Shown here piece by piece: positions 1 to 10,665 of a DNA stretch of 64,000 nucleotides (position 1 is the first letter of the stretch; every line of letters begins with the position of its first letter). Location of the stretch: the NCBI GenBank assembly GCA_965224195.1, contig OZ245040.1, positions 1,184,001 through 1,248,000 on the forward strand, in the 5' to 3' direction. Under the pieces are notes generated by a model. It ran no database searches. It worked only from the letters and a program-made list of their open reading frames with translations, and was not told the origin of the DNA. Source of the DNA: Nitrosopumilus sp. (GTDB taxonomy: Archaea > Thermoproteota > Nitrososphaeria > Nitrososphaerales > Nitrosopumilaceae). The position numbers and the translations under genes were made by a program.

Positions 1-104
1 TAATCAAAATTCTCTAGGGGGTCAATTATTTGGACAGTCAAATCTTGATGTCTGCTGAAAACTTTAATCTCTTGGAGATATTTTAGATAAATCAAAAAAA
101 CTGA

Positions 105-1218
105 ATGTGTAGAAATATTTCATCCCATTTGATATATTCAAAATTACCTATCTGTAATTATATGTGGCTTGGAATATTTACTATATTACCAATATTTCTG
201 ATTTTATTGTCCTCTATTGTAATTCCGTTCTCTTTTGCATCTGTTGAATCAGAATCCCAGGAAGATATCCAGGCAGGATGTAGAGATGCTCAAACTATGG
301 TTATTCGTTATTCTTCTAATGAGTATGTCTGTGTGGATCCTGATACTGCTGATAGATGGCGTGAACTAGGAGTTGCAAAAATTATTTTTGAAAATCCAAA
401 AGATATAGAAAAAAATGATTCTGAAGACATTCCAGTTAAAGATAATCTTGTTGAAGACCTTGAATTTCCAGGAGCCCCTCCTAAGAAAACCACTTCAATT
501 GAATCCTCTGAATGCCGAGAGGGATATACGCTAGTGTATAGATTAACCCATCATGACACATTCTGTACTAGTCCATCTACAGCAAATATGTGGGAGATGT
601 TAGATCTTGCAAAAATTATCACTTCTGATGAACTAATTTTTGAAGAATCATCTGAAGAATCATCTAATGATGTGACGACATTATCCAATTTTTCAGACAT
701 TCCAAAATTATATCCGCTTAATGATAGAATTTGGGTTGCAGTAGGATATGATTCTACAAATACTTTGTTAATTGAAGGTGATTCTGGTATAATTGTAATT
801 GATACATTGAGTTCTTACGATTCTGCAAAAAAAGTCCTTAAAGATTTTAGAATGTTCTCTGAAAAACCTATTGAAATAATCATTTACACTCAGGAAAACT
901 CTGATCTTCTTTTAGGATCTAAAGCCTTTGTAGACGAAGGTGATGGCAGTGTTGAAATTATTGCCCCTAAGCATATTCTTGAGTTTCTCTGAAAGTGATG
1001 ACTCTGATGTTATTCCAACTCATACTTTTAATTTTGAATTTTTAATGGAGATTTCTGGTGTAAAAATGAGTCTTGGATTTGGTATTGGGGAATTTTCTGA
1101 TCAAATGTATATTTCTCTTCTAGATGACGGTGCTCTGATAATTGGAGATACTGTTTATGGAGTTGCACCCTATATTTTAGATATAGAATATCTGCAATTT
1201 GTGAACGAATCTAGATAA
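105..1218 (+). pseudogene. Secreted protein with two thaumarchaeal Cys-pair repeats and a degenerate metallo-beta-lactamase (alkyl sulfatase-like) domain, frameshifted near 985
   Basis: ORF 105..992 has a signal-like hydrophobic stretch, two C-x16/17-C repeats (CRDAQTM...YVCVD, CREGYTL...TFCTS) and an MBL-like IEGDSGIIVIDT motif without HxHxDH. ORF 940..1218 continues the fold (ALIIGDTVYG) in another frame. A 1-nt shift near gagtttctctgaa joins them. Confidence 0.6.
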
Positions 1219-1290
1219 CCTGTTTTTTTATTTACATTTACAACCGACAATGATTTATACTTAACCTGTATTATATAGGTCGACCTAGAT

Positions 1291-1872
1291 ATGGTGAGTC
1301 ATGATGAGCCCCGCTTGGAAGTATATGAGCGTGAACGTGTTGTATTTCAGAGCATCAAAGATAATCCTGATTTACATCATAATACCCTTCTAAAACAAAT
1401 TGTTCCAAAATTCATGGCAAAAACAACTTTTGAGAAAACAAGGAATTCGCTATTGGAAAAAGAGATAATTTTTGTAACTAATCGTGGAAACATGAAATTT
1501 TATCTTCCTACTGAAAATTATGAAGAAAAACTGCATCATAGAATTGAGCGAAACACCAATACAACATTTCATGATTTAAAGTTAAAAATAAAAAAATTAG
1601 ATACTGATTATTCTCACAAAGATGTTGATGAGAAGATATCTTTGGCAAATATCTTACTGAGAAATTTAATTCAAGTTGATAATGGATTTACGTTGTTAGA
1701 TTCTGCAAAAAATCCTAAAAAGACACTATATCGTGATGAGCATCTTACAATACAACAATTGATCAATCATGTTTTTGAAGTGATGAGAAAAGACAAAGAT
1801 TTTGAGATTATTTTCCCATCTATTGTAAGTAATTTAGGAATAATGATGCCTCCAGTATCGTTGGATGAATAA
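1291..1872 (+). CDS. Conserved hypothetical protein, probable N-terminal winged helix
   Basis: 193-aa ORF; N-terminal region has a wHTH-like pattern (LHHNTLLKQIV...AKTTFEKTRNSLLEKEIIFV...KFY). Confidence 0.6.
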   Translation: MVSHDEPRLEVYERERVVFQSIKDNPDLHHNTLLKQIVPKFMAKTTFEKTRNSLLEKEIIFVTNRGNMKFYLPTENYEEKLHHRIERNTNTTFHDLKLKIKKLDTDYSHKDVDEKISLANILLRNLIQVDNGFTLLDSAKNPKKTLYRDEHLTIQQLINHVFEVMRKDKDFEIIFPSIVSNLGIMMPPVSLDE

Positions 1873-1916
1873 GATTTCAACTAGTTATTTATTCGGGGTT
1901 ATTTTATGATATTCAA

Positions 1917-2156
1917 ATGGGTTTATTGTATACAAAATTTTATATGGATTTTGATGAAGATGAGTGGAAACAAATATCAAATGAGCCGATAATTTTTGAA
2001 TCTGTAAAAAAAGATGTTAGTCTGGAAATTGAAGATACGTCTCATAAATCATACAATCTTCTTTTCAAAGAAGGTGGAAAAATTCACATGTTTCGAGTTA
2101 CTGGAAAGTTTCGTTTAACATGGGATGATGAGGATTTAGTACATTCTATAAAATAA
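1917..2156 (+). CDS. Hypothetical protein
   Basis: 79-aa ORF, ATG start, tightly packed with neighbours. Confidence 0.6.
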   Translation: MGLLYTKFYMDFDEDEWKQISNEPIIFESVKKDVSLEIEDTSHKSYNLLFKEGGKIHMFRVTGKFRLTWDDEDLVHSIK

Positions 2157-2181
2157 TAATAGGGGATTTTTAGTTATTATC

Positions 2182-2412
2182 ATGTCTTTAGAAGAACAAA
2201 TAAAAATAATTTTGGATGATTTTAAATCTGCAACCCCTGAAACAATTGTTGATATTTTAAATCAAATAAAACCTCATTTCAAAAGTACACTAATTTCAGA
2301 ATATTTACAAGGTAAAATTCAAAAAATCCAAGATTCTGATGATGATCAGGAGAAAAAGAAACAATGCAAGGCGTTATTGCCATATTTTGATTGGTATTTG
2401 CAAGGATTGTAA
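2182..2412 (+). CDS. Hypothetical protein
   Basis: 76-aa ORF, co-directional with the previous gene. Confidence 0.6.
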   Translation: MSLEEQIKIILDDFKSATPETIVDILNQIKPHFKSTLISEYLQGKIQKIQDSDDDQEKKKQCKALLPYFDWYLQGL

Positions 2413-2414
2413 GA

Positions 2415-2840
2415 TTAATCTGAAAAATTATTAATCTTATCTAATGCTGTTTTAATGGTCTCAAGATCTTTTTTTCCTTGAATCATGTCTCCGACTAGTT
2501 TCATATGGTATTCATTTCCTGAATCTTCTGCTTTGTGAATATCTGATTCATAACAAGATAAGGCTTTTTCAAAAAATTGTTTTTCTGCTTCCAATTCTTT
2601 TAAAAATTGTATGTCTGAAAGACCTGTTTGAATTTTTTCAATAACTTCATTAATTTTAGGAACTGTTTTTCTTGCTTGCTGGTTTAAAATTGAACCAAAT
2701 GTTCCACCTGCATCTTTTACCTCTGGGCTTTCACTTAGTGTTTTTAATCTATTTTTATAATGATTCAGTGATTTGAGAATTATCTCATAACCCCCTTCGT
2801 CTTTGAGGTATATGCCTCCTAACCAAATTTTTCCAGTCAT
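2415..2840 (-). CDS. Hypothetical helical protein
   Basis: 141-aa ORF convergent with 2182..2412. Confidence 0.6.
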   Translation of the reverse strand: MTGKIWLGGIYLKDEGGYEIILKSLNHYKNRLKTLSESPEVKDAGGTFGSILNQQARKTVPKINEVIEKIQTGLSDIQFLKELEAEKQFFEKALSCYESDIHKAEDSGNEYHMKLVGDMIQGKKDLETIKTALDKINNFSD

Positions 2841-2955
2841 TTATTCTTGATATTTACATGTGTTATTATAATTTAGTTCTCGGGATTGCCATCAATATTT
2901 TTCTAATCTCAAATTTAAAATTATTACACGTGAATAATGAAATTTAATGCAAAGA

Positions 2956-3180
2956 TTAGGATTCTGAACTTTCCTTTAACGTTGGCTCGTTTTTGTTAAT
3001 CAAATGTAATAAAATCCCTGCAAGGCCAACCCCCATCCCACTAATCCCTACAAACGTACCTGTATCTTTTAGGAATCTTAAAACTGGATCTGTCTGTCCT
3101 AATTCGATTGAATAGAACAATATCAGTCCAAATCCGAACATGGAGATACCTACAATGGTAATCACTATGGGCATTTTCAT
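2956..3180 (-). CDS. Small membrane protein (2 TM)
   Basis: Two hydrophobic segments in 74 aa. Confidence 0.55.
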   Translation of the reverse strand: MKMPIVITIVGISMFGFGLILFYSIELGQTDPVLRFLKDTGTFVGISGMGVGLAGILLHLINKNEPTLKESSES

Positions 3181-3276
3181 ATTGAAAGTAATTTTTTCTG
3201 TCTAATAAATAACAACAAAATGTATGTTCTTATGCACAGGATAAACTCTTTTAATTAAATTTAAATTTCATATTGT

Positions 3277-4092
3277 ATGGATGTCCGGTTTCTTGTTTTA
3301 AGATTAATTGCTTTATTCATTATTCCAATGACATCTAGTGTATTTGCTCAAACAACCTATGATGTAAATATCCCTACTGGTGCTGCAAGCCCCGATTCCA
3401 AATATTTCTGGCAAAGTGAAAAAGATGGCTCACCAACTGGAGATGTTGCAATCTCTCTTGATGATACTATACTTTGGAAAAATGCTGATAGTTCAGCACA
3501 TACAGTAACTTCTGGTAATGCGGAGGAAGGTCCTGATGATATTTTTGATAGTAGTTTGTTTGGTCCTGGAAAATCATTTTCACACAAGTTTACAGAAACT
3601 GGTCACTTTGATTACTATTGTTTACTTCATCCTTGGATGAAGGGAACAATTATGGTGACTGCTGGGTATTTCATAATCCCTGATGTTGGAAAACTAACCG
3701 GTGATGGCTCCACATTCTTTGATGTAGAATATGATTTCAATCGAATACTTGGAAAACCCCTCATTGATACTGAACAAAAATCAATAACTTTTGAAATAAT
3801 TGGTGAAGCCCAATCTGAAAATCATGATTTAGAATTAAGATTACCTTCAGACTTGATTGATGGGAATTTTGTAATTTGGATTGATGGTGAAAAAATATCT
3901 GATTTTGATCAAATCAAAGACGATGATGTCCATGTTGTATTTCTTACAATGAATGCTGACTCTGAACTATTAACTATCATGGGTACATCTGTTGTCCCTG
4001 AATTTGGAACAATGGGAATTATGATCCTTTTAATTTCAATAATATCTGTGATTACTTTAAGCCAGAAATCTAAAATTCAATTAAAATTTTAG
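3277..4092 (+). CDS. Blue (type 1) copper plastocyanin/azurin-domain protein with PEFG-CTERM sorting signal
   Basis: Signal peptide; WKNADSSAHTVTSG and YYCLLHPWMKG copper ligands; C-terminal VVPEFG followed by a TM helix and basic tail. Confidence 0.9.
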   Translation: MDVRFLVLRLIALFIIPMTSSVFAQTTYDVNIPTGAASPDSKYFWQSEKDGSPTGDVAISLDDTILWKNADSSAHTVTSGNAEEGPDDIFDSSLFGPGKSFSHKFTETGHFDYYCLLHPWMKGTIMVTAGYFIIPDVGKLTGDGSTFFDVEYDFNRILGKPLIDTEQKSITFEIIGEAQSENHDLELRLPSDLIDGNFVIWIDGEKISDFDQIKDDDVHVVFLTMNADSELLTIMGTSVVPEFGTMGIMILLISIISVITLSQKSKIQLKF

Positions 4093-4240
4093 ATTTTATT
4101 TAAAAATCAGACTGAAAATAGTTTATCATACGATCATTTAGAAACTAAGCCTCTTTTTATCACCTAAAATTCATGTCTGTGTTAATTTTTTTGATAAAGT
4201 TATTTTTACTGGATTCAATAGCAAATTAATCAAACACAAT

Positions 4241-5997
4241 ATGACTCAATTAGAACAACTTTCTCTCAGTCAGACAATATCTAAAGTAGATGAATTAATT
4301 GATAGTGGAAATGGCGATGCTGGAAGATTATATCATATTTTAGAGTTTTTAAAAAAATAATAGACTCCTGTACCATTCAGATAAAATTTACCTTGAAAAT
4401 AAACTTGAATCTTCTTTTTCTGTAAAAGATGAATCAGTTGAAGAGAATAAACTTCTTCCTAGAATCAAAGAACTGATTGACTCTGGAAATGGAGATCCTG
4501 GTAGATTACAATACATCTATGATGCACTTTCAAATAACAAATAGCTTTATCACTCAGATGCAGATTATTTGGAATCAAAATTACATCCCGCAATCAAAGA
4601 AACAATTATTGTAGAATCCTTAAAAAAACTAATTACTGAAACTCCAAAAATAACAAAAGAAATTACTGAATCAAAAATTTCACAAAAAACTAAAGGTGTA
4701 TTGCCGAAAGGATGGTCTCAAGACATTATTTCTGAAGATGTTGAAAACATTACAAAAGACATTGAAAACATTACAAAAGACATTGAAAACATTACAAAAG
4801 ACATTGAAAACATTACAAAAGACATTGAAAACATTACAAAAGACATTGAAAACATTACAAAAGACATTGAAAACATTACAAAAGACATTGAAAACATTAC
4901 AAAAGACATTGAAAACATTACAAAAGACATTGAAAACATTACAAAAGACATTGAAAACATTACAAAAGACATTGAAAACATTACAAAAGACATTGAAAAC
5001 ATTACAAAAGACATTGAAAACATTACAAAAGACATTGAAAACATTACAAAAGACATTGAAAACATTACAAAAGACATTGAAAAAGAACAACAAAAAATTA
5101 AAACACAGGAAAAATTATCTGATGAAATTAACCAACAAAGAACTAATTTGTTACAATTAATATCCAATAGAAAAGAACGTGAATAAAAAATAACACAGGA
5201 AAAATTTTCACTTGAATCACAAATTAAGGAGGAACGAACAAAAATTGAAATTCAGACAAAGTTTTCAAATGAAATAATTGCTCAAAAAGCGGAACTTGAA
5301 AAAGTGAAAAAAGAAAAGGTCATAGCAATTGGCAAGATTGCTTTAGAAAAAAATAAAATTTCAAAAGATTTACTATCACAAAAAAAACAATTAGTTCAGG
5401 CACAATTAGAACAAGAAAAAATTGAGAAACAGGTGATACGTGAGCAGGAATTGTTGGCAAAAATGGCTATTGAACAAAAGGCCAGGTTATTGGAACAGGT
5501 ACAAATTGCTCGTGAAATTAAATCAAAACAAACTGAATTAAATAAAACAAAACAGAATTATGATGATATTGTATCCCAGGTTAATGAAGAAAAAGTAAAA
5601 TTTACAGAGTCTAAAAAATTTAAAAGAATTAATCAAATCACAAGAACAAGATCTTATACATGCCAAAGAGGAGCGACTTAATCTGATTAACACCATTGCT
5701 GCAGAAAAAAATTTATATCTAAAAAAACTGATGAGGAAAAATTAAAATTAAAATCACAAACTGAATTAACTAAACAACTCAAAAAAGAAGAAAAATCATA
5801 TGATTTACTAAAAAAGAAACGTAAAAAAATTGAATTGCAAATTAAAATTAAGAATCAAAAACTTGAAGAAAAACAACAAAAGTTAAAAAAACAAATTGAT
5901 GAAAAAAATAAAAAAACTAAAATCTATTTCAAAAAAGTCTGTTGTAAAAAAGACAGTTAAAAAACCTGTAAGTAGAAAAATTAGTACTAAAAAATAG
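4241..5997 (+). pseudogene. Disrupted long coiled-coil protein with two N-terminal GDxGRL..LYHSD domains and a heptad tandem repeat
   Basis: ATG at 4241; frameshift in an A run near 4355; in-frame TAG at 4542-4544; further shifts near 5180, 5620 and later. Fragments appear as ORFs 4569..5186 and 5304..5681. Confidence 0.7.
4737..5083 (+). repeat. Tandem repeat, 21-bp unit GACATTGAAAACATTACAAAA x16 plus a partial unit (encodes DIENITK)
   Basis: First unit is the variant GATGTTGAAAACATTACAAAA at 4737, then 15 identical units and a partial copy ending at 5083; no spacers. Confidence 0.97.
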
Positions 5998-6614
5998 TTA
6001 TTTTATTTTTATGGTAATTTCTTCACCATTGCCTATGGGTGATGTTATAGTTCTTAGTCTGGGATTAGTTTTTAGGTGATTTGAAAATTTCTTCATTTCT
6101 GGCCTATATTTTTCTGGATATAGCATATTGTCTGTAACAATTATTCCATTTGTTGATACCATTGGAAAAATTAACTCAAAATATTTGATAATATTTTCTT
6201 TGTCTGCATCAATGAAAACAAAATCAAAAAAATTCTGATATTTTTTCTGAGAATTTAATTCTACTAGTATTTTTATTGCTAGTCCTTCTTTGATTGAAAT
6301 TCTATCTGATAATTCTGATTTTTGGAAATTTTCTTTTGCTCTTTTGATTTTGTTTGGATTTTGCTCTATGGTGATAATTTCTCCTAAATTATCTGAAATC
6401 GCTTCGGCACACCAAATCGTTGAATAACCCGTAGATGTTCCAATTTCAAGCATATTTTTTACATTATTTAGGCGCAAAATCATGTTTAGCATTTCTCCTG
6501 TTTCTTTAGTAATTGCAAGCATTCTATTTTATGCTATGACATCTAGCCTTCTTGATTTTTCTAGACTTGATTGCATCTCTAATTCATTAAGAACAATTTC
6601 AATGGGTTTTTCAT
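5998..6614 (-). pseudogene. O-methyltransferase (caffeoyl-CoA/COMT-like) with a premature stop near the N-terminus
   Basis: LEIGTSTGYST and FDFVFIDADK motifs. The upstream ATG at 6614 (MKKPIEIVLNELE...) is cut by an in-frame TAA near 6530; the remaining ORF is 5998..6522. Confidence 0.75.
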
Positions 6615-6715
6615 CTGATCGGAATAATTTTCAATAAATTTAACTTTGTCTTTAAATTGCTTTTATTGAAATATTTGATAGCTTATATTTAGCAAATCTT
6701 TTTTTTAAATTAGAA

Positions 6716-7093
6716 ATGGCAGCCAAAAAAATTGATTTACTTGATGTTGTTCAAAAAATTCTCAAATTAGACACTAAGATGAGATTTGCAGCAATTATTG
6801 ATCCTAAAGGCAATATTCGTGAGGCCATTATGAAAACAGGAAAAACTAATTTAAAAAATCAAAAGGAAGAAGAACATTTCTGTAAACAAGTTGCTCAGAG
6901 ACGTACTATGAGAAAAGAATTTGATAGATCCCTTGGTAAAGTGAGATATGTTCATGTAGAAAGAGAAAAAGTATCTCAAATGGTAATTTACACAAAACGA
7001 AATATTATTTATTTTACAATGGAGCCTGAAATGCCAATTAGTACTAAAATCAGATTAATTACAAAAATTAAAAAAATAACTTCTAGTCTTTAG
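6716..7093 (+). CDS. DUF6659/roadblock-like thaumarchaeal protein
   Basis: MRFAAIIDPKG...LGKVRYVHVEREKV pattern typical of this family. Confidence 0.7.
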   Translation: MAAKKIDLLDVVQKILKLDTKMRFAAIIDPKGNIREAIMKTGKTNLKNQKEEEHFCKQVAQRRTMRKEFDRSLGKVRYVHVEREKVSQMVIYTKRNIIYFTMEPEMPISTKIRLITKIKKITSSL

Positions 7094-7112
7094 GCTTTTT
7101 TAACAACACCAA

Positions 7113-7487
7113 TTGTTAGATAATATGACAATTCGTAAATATTTTGGTGATTCAAAAATGTTTGAATACGATAAATTTTATCGTGAATGTCAGCAAGAAA
7201 ATAGACCTTTTATTAAGGCAAAAATAAATCCTCTCCACGGAAATTACCTTGTACAAATTGATTTGATTACATGTAATTTTGAATTATCTATTGACATGCA
7301 AGAAAAAATTTCTAAATTAATCCAAGATGAAATTGAATATGTAAAGTCAAATTCAGAATATCTATTTGAAGGATTTAACATCGATAAAGAATTAGCTTGG
7401 TTTGATGGTGTATCATCAGAACATCTTGAGGTTTTTTGTAATTCCCTATATGATTTATCTTTAAAATCAAGCCTAGAATCGAATTAA
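7113..7487 (+). CDS. Hypothetical protein
   Basis: 124-aa ORF; the true start may be an internal Met. Confidence 0.55.
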   Translation: MLDNMTIRKYFGDSKMFEYDKFYRECQQENRPFIKAKINPLHGNYLVQIDLITCNFELSIDMQEKISKLIQDEIEYVKSNSEYLFEGFNIDKELAWFDGVSSEHLEVFCNSLYDLSLKSSLESN

Positions 7488-7748
7488 ATTTTTTAAAATT
7501 TTATCAATAACTTGAATTTCTTGTTTTCGTTCCTTTATTGTGGATTGATTCCACTCTTTTGCAAATTCTGATTGTTTATCCATTTTTTCCAGCATTTCGA
7601 TATATTTTACAAGATGAATTTTGTAGTCATGAAGCATGTCTAGATGCTTGTTATGATTTTTCTCAGTTGGTGTGACCATTCCATTCCTCCTCTTTGGTAT
7701 CTGGAAACATATCTCTGATTCTTTTCTTATCCTTCTGCATTGCATCAA
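7473..7748 (-). CDS. Small hypothetical coiled-coil protein (likely start at MVTPTE, ~7679)
   Basis: ORF downstream of and overlapping 7663..7896. Confidence 0.5.
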   Translation of the reverse strand: MMQCRRIRKESEICFQIPKRRNGMVTPTEKNHNKHLDMLHDYKIHLVKYIEMLEKMDKQSEFAKEWNQSTIKERKQEIQVIDKILKNLIRF

Positions 7749-7896
7749 TTCTATTTTCTAAATGACTTTTGATTGCTGGCTCTCCTTCCTGGTCTTTTTC
7801 TTTTTGAATATCTGAGATTACTTTGGTAAGGGATTTGTAATATGAGATGTGATTTTTTTTAGATTCATCTGATGTATCTTCTTCTTTTACATCCAT
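7663..7896 (-). CDS. Small hypothetical protein
   Basis: 77-aa ORF with a TA-rich promoter-like upstream sequence. Confidence 0.55.
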   Translation of the reverse strand: MDVKEEDTSDESKKNHISYYKSLTKVISDIQKEKDQEGEPAIKSHLENRIDAMQKDKKRIRDMFPDTKEEEWNGHTN

Positions 7897-8112
7897 TGTA
7901 TCTTATAATATAATTGAAAATAAGTACTTGATGGTACTTTGAATTTATGATTTCATAATCCCGATACGCTTAAGTTAATTATTCATACAGTAAATTTATG
8001 GATCTGAATGAAATACTCACAAGAGAAAGAGATTCTGTAAGAGATGAAAATATGGAGTTAAGAAAAAAAATAAATGTACTTGAATTAAAAATACGGGAAT
8101 CCGAGAAAAAAA

Positions 8113-8406
8113 ATGAAAAATGTGTTAATTGATCAAAATTGCAAGTGGTTAGTAAATGAAGATGCTAAAAAATATCTAGAAAATTATGATAAAATATTCG
8201 TTGTTGGAACTGATTTGAAACAAAGAGATTATGATGAGACACTAGCAACCTTTTGCAAAGATAATGACTGTGAGTTACTTACGGCTGATAATCGTGCGTA
8301 TATTCATTTTTTTAGTGAGAAAAAAATTAAAAATGTTCAATTATCTGAATTCACTTATGAAGACAAGGCAGATAGACCCATCTATCTTGTTAAGATTGTA
8401 GACTAG
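8113..8406 (+). CDS. PIN-like (DUF5615/Mut7-C-like) protein
   Basis: VLIDQN ... DETLATFCKDNDCELLTADN pattern of short PIN domains. Confidence 0.55.
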   Translation: MKNVLIDQNCKWLVNEDAKKYLENYDKIFVVGTDLKQRDYDETLATFCKDNDCELLTADNRAYIHFFSEKKIKNVQLSEFTYEDKADRPIYLVKIVD

Positions 8407-8969
8407 TTCACATTCTTTGTGTCAATATGTGATATTCTCAAATTTGCAAGAACTTCATTAAGAAAATCCCCCTCTGACTGATGTGTTATGCTGTTCATTA
8501 TTGATTCCCAACAATCATTTATTTTTCTTATAATTTGTGAATACATTTTGTCTTTTTTGAATGTAGGATAGTATGACAATAGTTTCATTATTCCATCAGT
8601 TGATTGAACTATGTGTATTTGATGAATAATTGATCTTAGTCTTTCATGATATGAGAAATTTTCCTCCTTGACTGTAATTTCAAAATTGGAAATTTCTTCA
8701 AATATCATATCAACTTCTTTATGCAAATTTTTCAGTTGATTATTTACAGATTCTGAGAGATTTATCAACTCATATTCAATATGGGAACGACTGTGAACTT
8801 TTTTATCAATTTCCCCAGCTTCCACTAGTTCACTTATTTCTCTATATACTATTTTCTCATTTCCTACTTTTTCTATCACTCTTTTGGCAAGATCTGTACC
8901 TCTAATCTTTCCATTTTCATTTAGTATCCTGATAATTTCTGTTTTAATAATTTCTGAATTTTTATCCAT
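8403..8969 (-). CDS. Winged-helix domain protein
   Basis: IIRILNENGKIRGTDLAK...VYREISELVEAGEI HTH-like pattern. Confidence 0.6.
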   Translation of the reverse strand: MDKNSEIIKTEIIRILNENGKIRGTDLAKRVIEKVGNEKIVYREISELVEAGEIDKKVHSRSHIEYELINLSESVNNQLKNLHKEVDMIFEEISNFEITVKEENFSYHERLRSIIHQIHIVQSTDGIMKLLSYYPTFKKDKMYSQIIRKINDCWESIMNSITHQSEGDFLNEVLANLRISHIDTKNVN

Positions 8970-8984
8970 TATTTCTCCTAAAAT

Positions 8985-9218
8985 TTACTTTTGATATTTT
9001 GCAATTACTGCCTTTTCTCCCATCTCGCTAATTTCTGTTACTAATTTTTCTAATATCTCAACACCTTTTTTTATTGGTTCTTTTTCTAAATTTTTATATT
9101 CTAACTTTTGTTTGAGTACCATTCTTTCATTATTTACAAAACTCAATAATGGCACATTTTCCCCCATGTTTAGATTTATGAAAAAATCAATATATTCTTC
9201 AGTTGATTTTATTGCCAT
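8985..9218 (-). CDS. Hypothetical protein
   Basis: 77-aa ORF co-directional with 8403..8969. Confidence 0.55.
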   Translation of the reverse strand: MAIKSTEEYIDFFINLNMGENVPLLSFVNNERMVLKQKLEYKNLEKEPIKKGVEILEKLVTEISEMGEKAVIAKYQK

Positions 9219-9295
9219 ATTTTGTATTCTTTAATCTAGTATTTGTTTGAAGTTATTCATACTAGGTTTATTTACAATTTTGATTAAACCTGGGT

Positions 9296-9544
9296 ATGGA
9301 TAGTTGTGATAGGCGTGTTCGTGCTTATAAAAATGGTAAAACATTTGATCAGTGCCGAGATATGGCAGAATCTATGAACCCTGATTTTAAAAAAATTATT
9401 GAGAATAATGGCAAGGTTCTCTGGACTGAAATTTTAGAAAAAGTTGATCATGATGAAATTATTTATAAACTTACTCTGAAATTCTTAAGACGTGATGGAT
9501 ATGATATTGGAAATCACAAGATTCCGGAAGTAAAGAAATTCTAA
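9296..9544 (+). CDS. Conserved hypothetical protein
   Basis: 82-aa ORF with ATG start. Confidence 0.55.
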   Translation: MDSCDRRVRAYKNGKTFDQCRDMAESMNPDFKKIIENNGKVLWTEILEKVDHDEIIYKLTLKFLRRDGYDIGNHKIPEVKKF

Positions 9545-10368
9545 TCTGGATTAATCTTACAACTACCATCATCATTTCGCAATTTCTTTGCCATGATGTA
9601 TGGAGTTACTAGCAAGACGGGTATTGAAATAGCAATGAAAAATGTCTGTAATTGAGTTAATGCAATTGATAATGCAATTCCACTTGCGGTTCCAATGAAT
9701 ACTGACAAAAATGATCCTGCACAAGTTGGGCATGCGATGAATAATCCTGCTATTGCCCCTATGCTACTTGCACCTCTACCTTTTTTAGAAATTGTATATG
9801 CGTTAATTGCAATTGCAGCGTTTAATCCTACCAAATATGAAACAATAATTTGTAAAACTAGATTAATTGGTATTATGTTTAATCCTACATGATCTGTAAG
9901 GTATATGATAACTTGTGGCATGTATCCTGGTCCATCGCAACATGGGGCAACAAATCCTGATGGGATGGTTGCACCATAATGATATGAAAAACTAACTTCT
10001 GGTTGATACACCAGTGTTCCTGAAACTAGTGAAAAAAATATTCCGTATCCGATAAATGTTGCAATAAAGATTTTTCGAGATTTTGAATTCCATGTTGTTA
10101 ATGCGATGATTGAAGAAAGATCCTTTCCTTTGTTTTCAACTTTTTCTCTATGATATCTGTACATTCCAAATGCAATGGCTCCAAATGAAACTATTAGAAT
10201 AATGTAAAACCCATAGGCTATCCTTTGTATTGTATCTATGGCGCTGGGAGTTATGAGTTCAGGATCTTGATATCTACCATACATGAAAAATAAAATTCCA
10301 ATAGTCACAAATCCTAAAATAATTAATTTCTTTCCTTGGTTTGTACTCTTTTTGATACTAGTCTCCAC
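9541..10368 (-). CDS. Multi-pass membrane protein with CxxC
   Basis: About 6 hydrophobic helices; APCCDGPG and IACPTCAG motifs. Confidence 0.7.
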   Translation of the reverse strand: METSIKKSTNQGKKLIILGFVTIGILFFMYGRYQDPELITPSAIDTIQRIAYGFYIILIVSFGAIAFGMYRYHREKVENKGKDLSSIIALTTWNSKSRKIFIATFIGYGIFFSLVSGTLVYQPEVSFSYHYGATIPSGFVAPCCDGPGYMPQVIIYLTDHVGLNIIPINLVLQIIVSYLVGLNAAIAINAYTISKKGRGASSIGAIAGLFIACPTCAGSFLSVFIGTASGIALSIALTQLQTFFIAISIPVLLVTPYIMAKKLRNDDGSCKINPD

Positions 10369-10665
10369 AACTTGAAATCTTGTATTGTGGCATTAAATTC
10401 TATCCTACCATGTATGGCAGTAATGATGTGAAAATTCGTAAAATTATTTTTATTTTACGGATTTCTTTATTTCATCTAAAACATGATTTGTCATGTTTTG
10501 TAAAAACATCAAATCTTGGCTTGTTTTTTCTAGAACGCTCATTAATAAGGATAAGTGAATTGTATTGATAAGAATATGTCATTCCATTTTATTACACGTT
10601 TTATGCCTGTATTGGCCTAAATTTTCATTAATTTATGATTTTTTTCTGTGGTATAATCTAGAATT

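Noticed and set aside
4737-5083. 21-bp repeat as a CRISPR array (contains ATTGAAA)
   Set aside because: Units are head-to-tail with no spacers, the length is a multiple of 3, and it is in frame with a coiled-coil protein.
4680-5167. ORFs 4680..5093, 4696..5160 and 4718..5167
   Set aside because: Alternate-frame products of the stop-free tandem repeat.
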